A DNA stretch of 64,000 nt. Source: Raja brachyura (Eukaryota). Where the stretch lies: positions 19,778,001-19,842,000 of the forward strand of contig OY740797.1 of NCBI GenBank assembly GCA_963514005.1, read 5' to 3'. Positions 60,601-64,000 of the stretch are shown in pieces. Under the pieces are notes generated by a model that saw only the letters and a program-made list of their open reading frames with translations, made no database searches and was not told the origin of the DNA. Numbering within the stretch: the first letter of the stretch is position 1; every line of letters starts with the position of its first letter. Made by a program: the position numbers and the translations under genes.

Positions 60601-61935
60601 TATTGTATGGTATTGTTATTTTTATATATGTATGACTGCAGGCACAAAATTTCGTTCAGACCGAAAGGTCTGAATGACAATAAAGGCATTCAATTCAATT
60701 CAATTCAATTTAAAGAAGCTTGTGGGCAGCAGATCAAGACAGCAGGTAGTGGACTTTAGCTGTTGAACAGTTTCAGTCAGGGATGCACAATCTAAAAGTT
60801 CAAAATGTTGTAGATTCATTAGTGAATCTGGAGGCATAAGTGAAAAAGCCATGTTTCCTGGGGTGGTGCTACACATTGTTTGTCTTATCTTCAGAATTTT
60901 ATCAGTGAAGAAATCTGCAAAGTCATTACACGCTTGCTGGACAGGAGCTCAGGAGGGACTGATGACGAGGGGTTTGTCAGTCTATCGACAACGGCAAATA
61001 ATGTGTGGGAATTATTATTTTGTTGATAACCTCTGAGAAAAAGGACTGCCTTGCCCCTTTCAATTCCTGATTATAGATACGGAGACTGTCTTTATAGATG
61101 TCGTAGTGGACCTGTAGTTTGGTTTTTCGCCACCTACGTTCGGCCTGTCTACACTTTGTTCTTTGGGATCTCACTGCTGTGGCATTTCTCCATGGTGACT
61201 TTTTCCTTCCAGATAAAACCTTGGTCTTTCATGGTGCAATAGCATCAATAAGAGTCATAACATTGGAGCTGAGCTGATCCTCAAGGTCATCGACAGAGGC
61301 CGAGGGCAGAGTTGGTGATGGTGTAAAGGCCTGAGTGAACAATGTGCCGGTGTTTTCATTGATACAACGCCTTTTGATCACCTCTGGTTCTTTTCTGATA
61401 TTGCTAGCAGAGGTGGTCGTTAAAAAAAAACACAGTGGTGATCAGAAAGAGTAACATCAGTCACCAAACTTCAGAAATGTCAAGACCCTTTGAAATAATC
61501 AAATCCAATATATGCCCCCTATTATGAGTTGGCTCTGTTACGTGCTGGTTAAGTCCAAAATTGTCCAGAATGTTCAGGAGCTCTTTTGCTCCTCCATCCT
61601 CAGCATTATCTACGTGAATATTGAAATCCCCCGCTAAAACAACACAATCGAAATCAATGCATATAATTGACAGTAATTTGGCAATCTCATCAAAAAACTG
61701 TGCATCATATTTTGGTGGCCTGTAAATAGTTAAAAGTATTGTTCGCTGGGGAGAACACAGCTGAGCAGCGACATATTCGAAGGAGTTGAAATTTCCACAA
61801 GACATTTTCTTGCATTGTAAAGTCTCCTTATATAAAATGGCAACTCCACCTCCTTTTCGGTGCATTCTGAATTCATTCATAAAAATAAAACCAGGAGGTG
61901 CTGATTCAATCAAAACTGTGTCACTATTATTTACA
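57640..61935 (-). mobile_element. L2-clade LINE (APE plus RT), split by a GC-rich retroposon
   Basis: APE IYRPP/GDFNIH/THNRGHILDL (61461-61913); RT YRPISNL, QSGFRPHHSTETAL, LLDLSATFDTVDH, GVPQGSILGP, YADD; QNAAAR..LKSLHWLP; (TTGCC)n tail. Confidence 0.93.
59440..60710 (+). mobile_element. GC-rich non-autonomous retroposon with an expanded minisatellite of about 33-bp units (59710-60420)
   Basis: About 20 units of GAGCTGCGGTGCTCCAGCGGCGGCCTGG(GTTTCGG/CTCCCTCT). 3' hairpin TTCAGACCGAAAGGTCTGAA, TGACAATAAA, (ATTCA)n. Confidence 0.7.
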
Positions 61936-61984
61936 CTTAACCATGAATCACTCGTTTATGTTATCCTGTTGACTTCGCGTTGAT

Positions 61985-62476
61985 TTCCTACATGCTTGTG
62001 GTAATTTATAGAGGCCAATTAACTTACAACCCTGCAGGTTATGGGGAGCTGGGAGGAAACGGAGCACACACGCGGCTACTGGGAGAACGTTGTAAACTCC
62101 AGACAGATAACACCGTAATACCTCCGTCCCACTTAGGAAACCTGAACAGAAAACTCTGGTGACCTTGCGGCCCACCCAAGGTTTGCATGAGTCCATGCGA
62201 AGGTGGGGGCCAGGGACAGCGGAGGAGCGCTGTCTGCGCGGTGAAAGGGAAGGTAAACGGCTGCCACAGAGCATGGAACATAGAAGAAGCCTTGACTACG
62301 CGGAAACCACTTTCCACCATTAGGGGGAGTGACCAAAACCACCGGGAACCTCATGGAAACCTTGGGTGGGGCGCAAGGTCTCCAGAGATTTCCGTTCAGG
62401 TTTCCTAAGTGGGACTCAGGGTCAAACCCGGTCTCTGGCGCAGTGAGGTATCTGCAACCCTACCAGATGCGCCACT
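61985..62476 (-). mobile_element. V-SINE (HE1-like) interrupted by a Harbinger-type MITE (about 62125-62415)
   Basis: SINE core at 62010-62115 and tRNA head at 62416-62476 flank the TIRs GTCCCACTTAGGAAACCTGAAC / GTTCAGGTTTCCTAAGTGGGAC. Confidence 0.75.
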
Positions 62477-63216
62477 TTTACTGTAGGCTGCTATTTGTAG
62501 GTCGTGGAATATGAAAAATGCAGGTTCCAGTACTAATGTTGTTGCTTATCCACTTTACATTTTTTTGTCTTCATTGATTACATTGAACAATGCAAAATGT
62601 CACGGAACTATTTGTTACTTGTCTCGGTGTAAACGCATTTCCAATTGTTTGATTTTATTCAAAGCAAATTCTAGCGACGAGTTAGAATTTAGAATACAGT
62701 CATCATAAAGATAGTGGTGCTATCTGTAGGTCGTGGAGTAGTGGTAATTAGAGGAGACTTTATCTCCTTGTTTGCTCAACTATAAACAAATGTAGTTAAC
62801 GTTTCTTGCGACAATGTTCAAGTTGTGCACGACTCTATGACCTCGAAGAAAATTGAAAGTTCTTGATTCCGTTACCACACCATACAGTATGTTATTTATT
62901 TTTTTATCGTTCCCGTTTATTATACCAATGTATCGGTTCAAATAAATGCTAAAGAGTCGCACAGAAATGCTTCGGTTACGGGATTTCTGTGCTGTGTGGT
63001 AGTTTGCTCTCTGCAAGTAATTGTTAGCAAGCATTGTTACAAAGATGCAGTAATACTGAGGTGAGGCTGAAAAGGAGAAGTAGTAAAAGCACAGTGGAAA
63101 TTATCACTCGCATTTCGAACGCATCTACTGCATTGGTGTGCTGCAGTGACTTTGCTAAGCAATAATAAGACAAACAGCTATCTGTTTTTTTCATGGGTAA
63201 GCCAATCAATGATCAG

Positions 63217-64000
63217 GAAAGGCTGCAGGAAGGTATGTCATCTTGTCATCTCCGCCTCATTTGGTCTGTGAAAGAAATGCAATATTGCCTGTTAGTCCAT
63301 TGTACAGTGATCAAGGAAAGCAATCAATTTTTCAACACAATTGGAATGTAGCCAACAATTATAATTTCCAGATTGCAGATAACGTATAAGAGTTTATGTT
63401 CATATTATTTATCCAGTCTTCTGCGGAGCCTTTCGTGGTCCAACGCAACAAATTTGTGGTAACACAAATATCCATAAAAAATATTCCCATTTTATTCTCT
63501 CCACAGTGCCATCAACACTTTGCTCACTCCTAGATTATACCACTTGCCTAAACATGGGGCATTTTAAATCTCTAATTAGCCTACCACCCCTCACGTGATT
63601 TGGGATGTGCGAAGTATTCAGAGCACCTCGGGAAACCCGCGAGGAGGCAGCAAATAACGTTCAACCTTCACACTGACAGCACCGAAAGCCAGGATTTGTT
63701 TTACCTTGAGTATAGACAAGGAGAAGCCATAATATCTCTGACACTGTGTGATCTTCGTTAGATAATATGGAAACGCTGTCAAGAGTCAAGAGTGCTTCTC
63801 ATATGTCCCAGATAGAACTAAGAAATTCTTAGCTGCAGCAGCACAACAGAAGAAGTAAACATAGTACTCTTTAAACAATATAATAAACCTCTCCGAGGTC
63901 CAGTGCCATCCTGCCACCTGTCTCCTTTGAGGTGGGTTTTCTGAATTCAGATTTCACTCTGTTCCTCCTGTCATTGTCTGAATTTCTCATATTTCCTGGC
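63217..64000 (-). repeat. Paralogous copy of the 3' flank/UTR of receptor copy B (31012-31735)
   Basis: Colinear similarity, e.g. CTTGTCATCTCCGCCTC, CACTGTGTGATCTTCGTTAGATAATATGGAAAC and CTGTTCCTCCTGTCATTGTCTGAATTT. Confidence 0.88.

Overview
This is eukaryotic (vertebrate) genomic DNA. The repeat content (HE1-like V-SINEs, CR1, L2, L1, Rex-Babar-like, Penelope, DIRS, Harbinger-type MITEs) points to a cartilaginous fish, probably a skate or ray. Most of the window is transposon-derived. The host content is a tandem minus-strand cluster of non-rearranging immunoglobulin-superfamily receptor genes with the layout leader / V with J-like strand / C1 / TM / tail. Copy A (about 11.3-14.3 kb) apparently has a very short tail. 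Copy B (about 32.0-36.1 kb) has an ITIM-bearing tail. A decayed copy lies at about 22-23.3 kb, and the 3' flank of a further paralogue is at the right edge. Three observations stand out. (1) A chimeric endogenous retrovirus (3.5-7.67 kb; LTR, tRNA-Pro PBS) carries an intronless piece of the host F-BAR gene FCHO2, joined just after the Gag matrix N-terminus. (2) The V exons of the two receptor copies appear homogenised while C1, TM and tail have diverged, a paired-receptor signature. (3) Two independent L1 insertions are each flanked by about 210-226 bp direct repeats that behave like giant target-site duplications. All homologies were recognised by eye or from memory; no database search was run.
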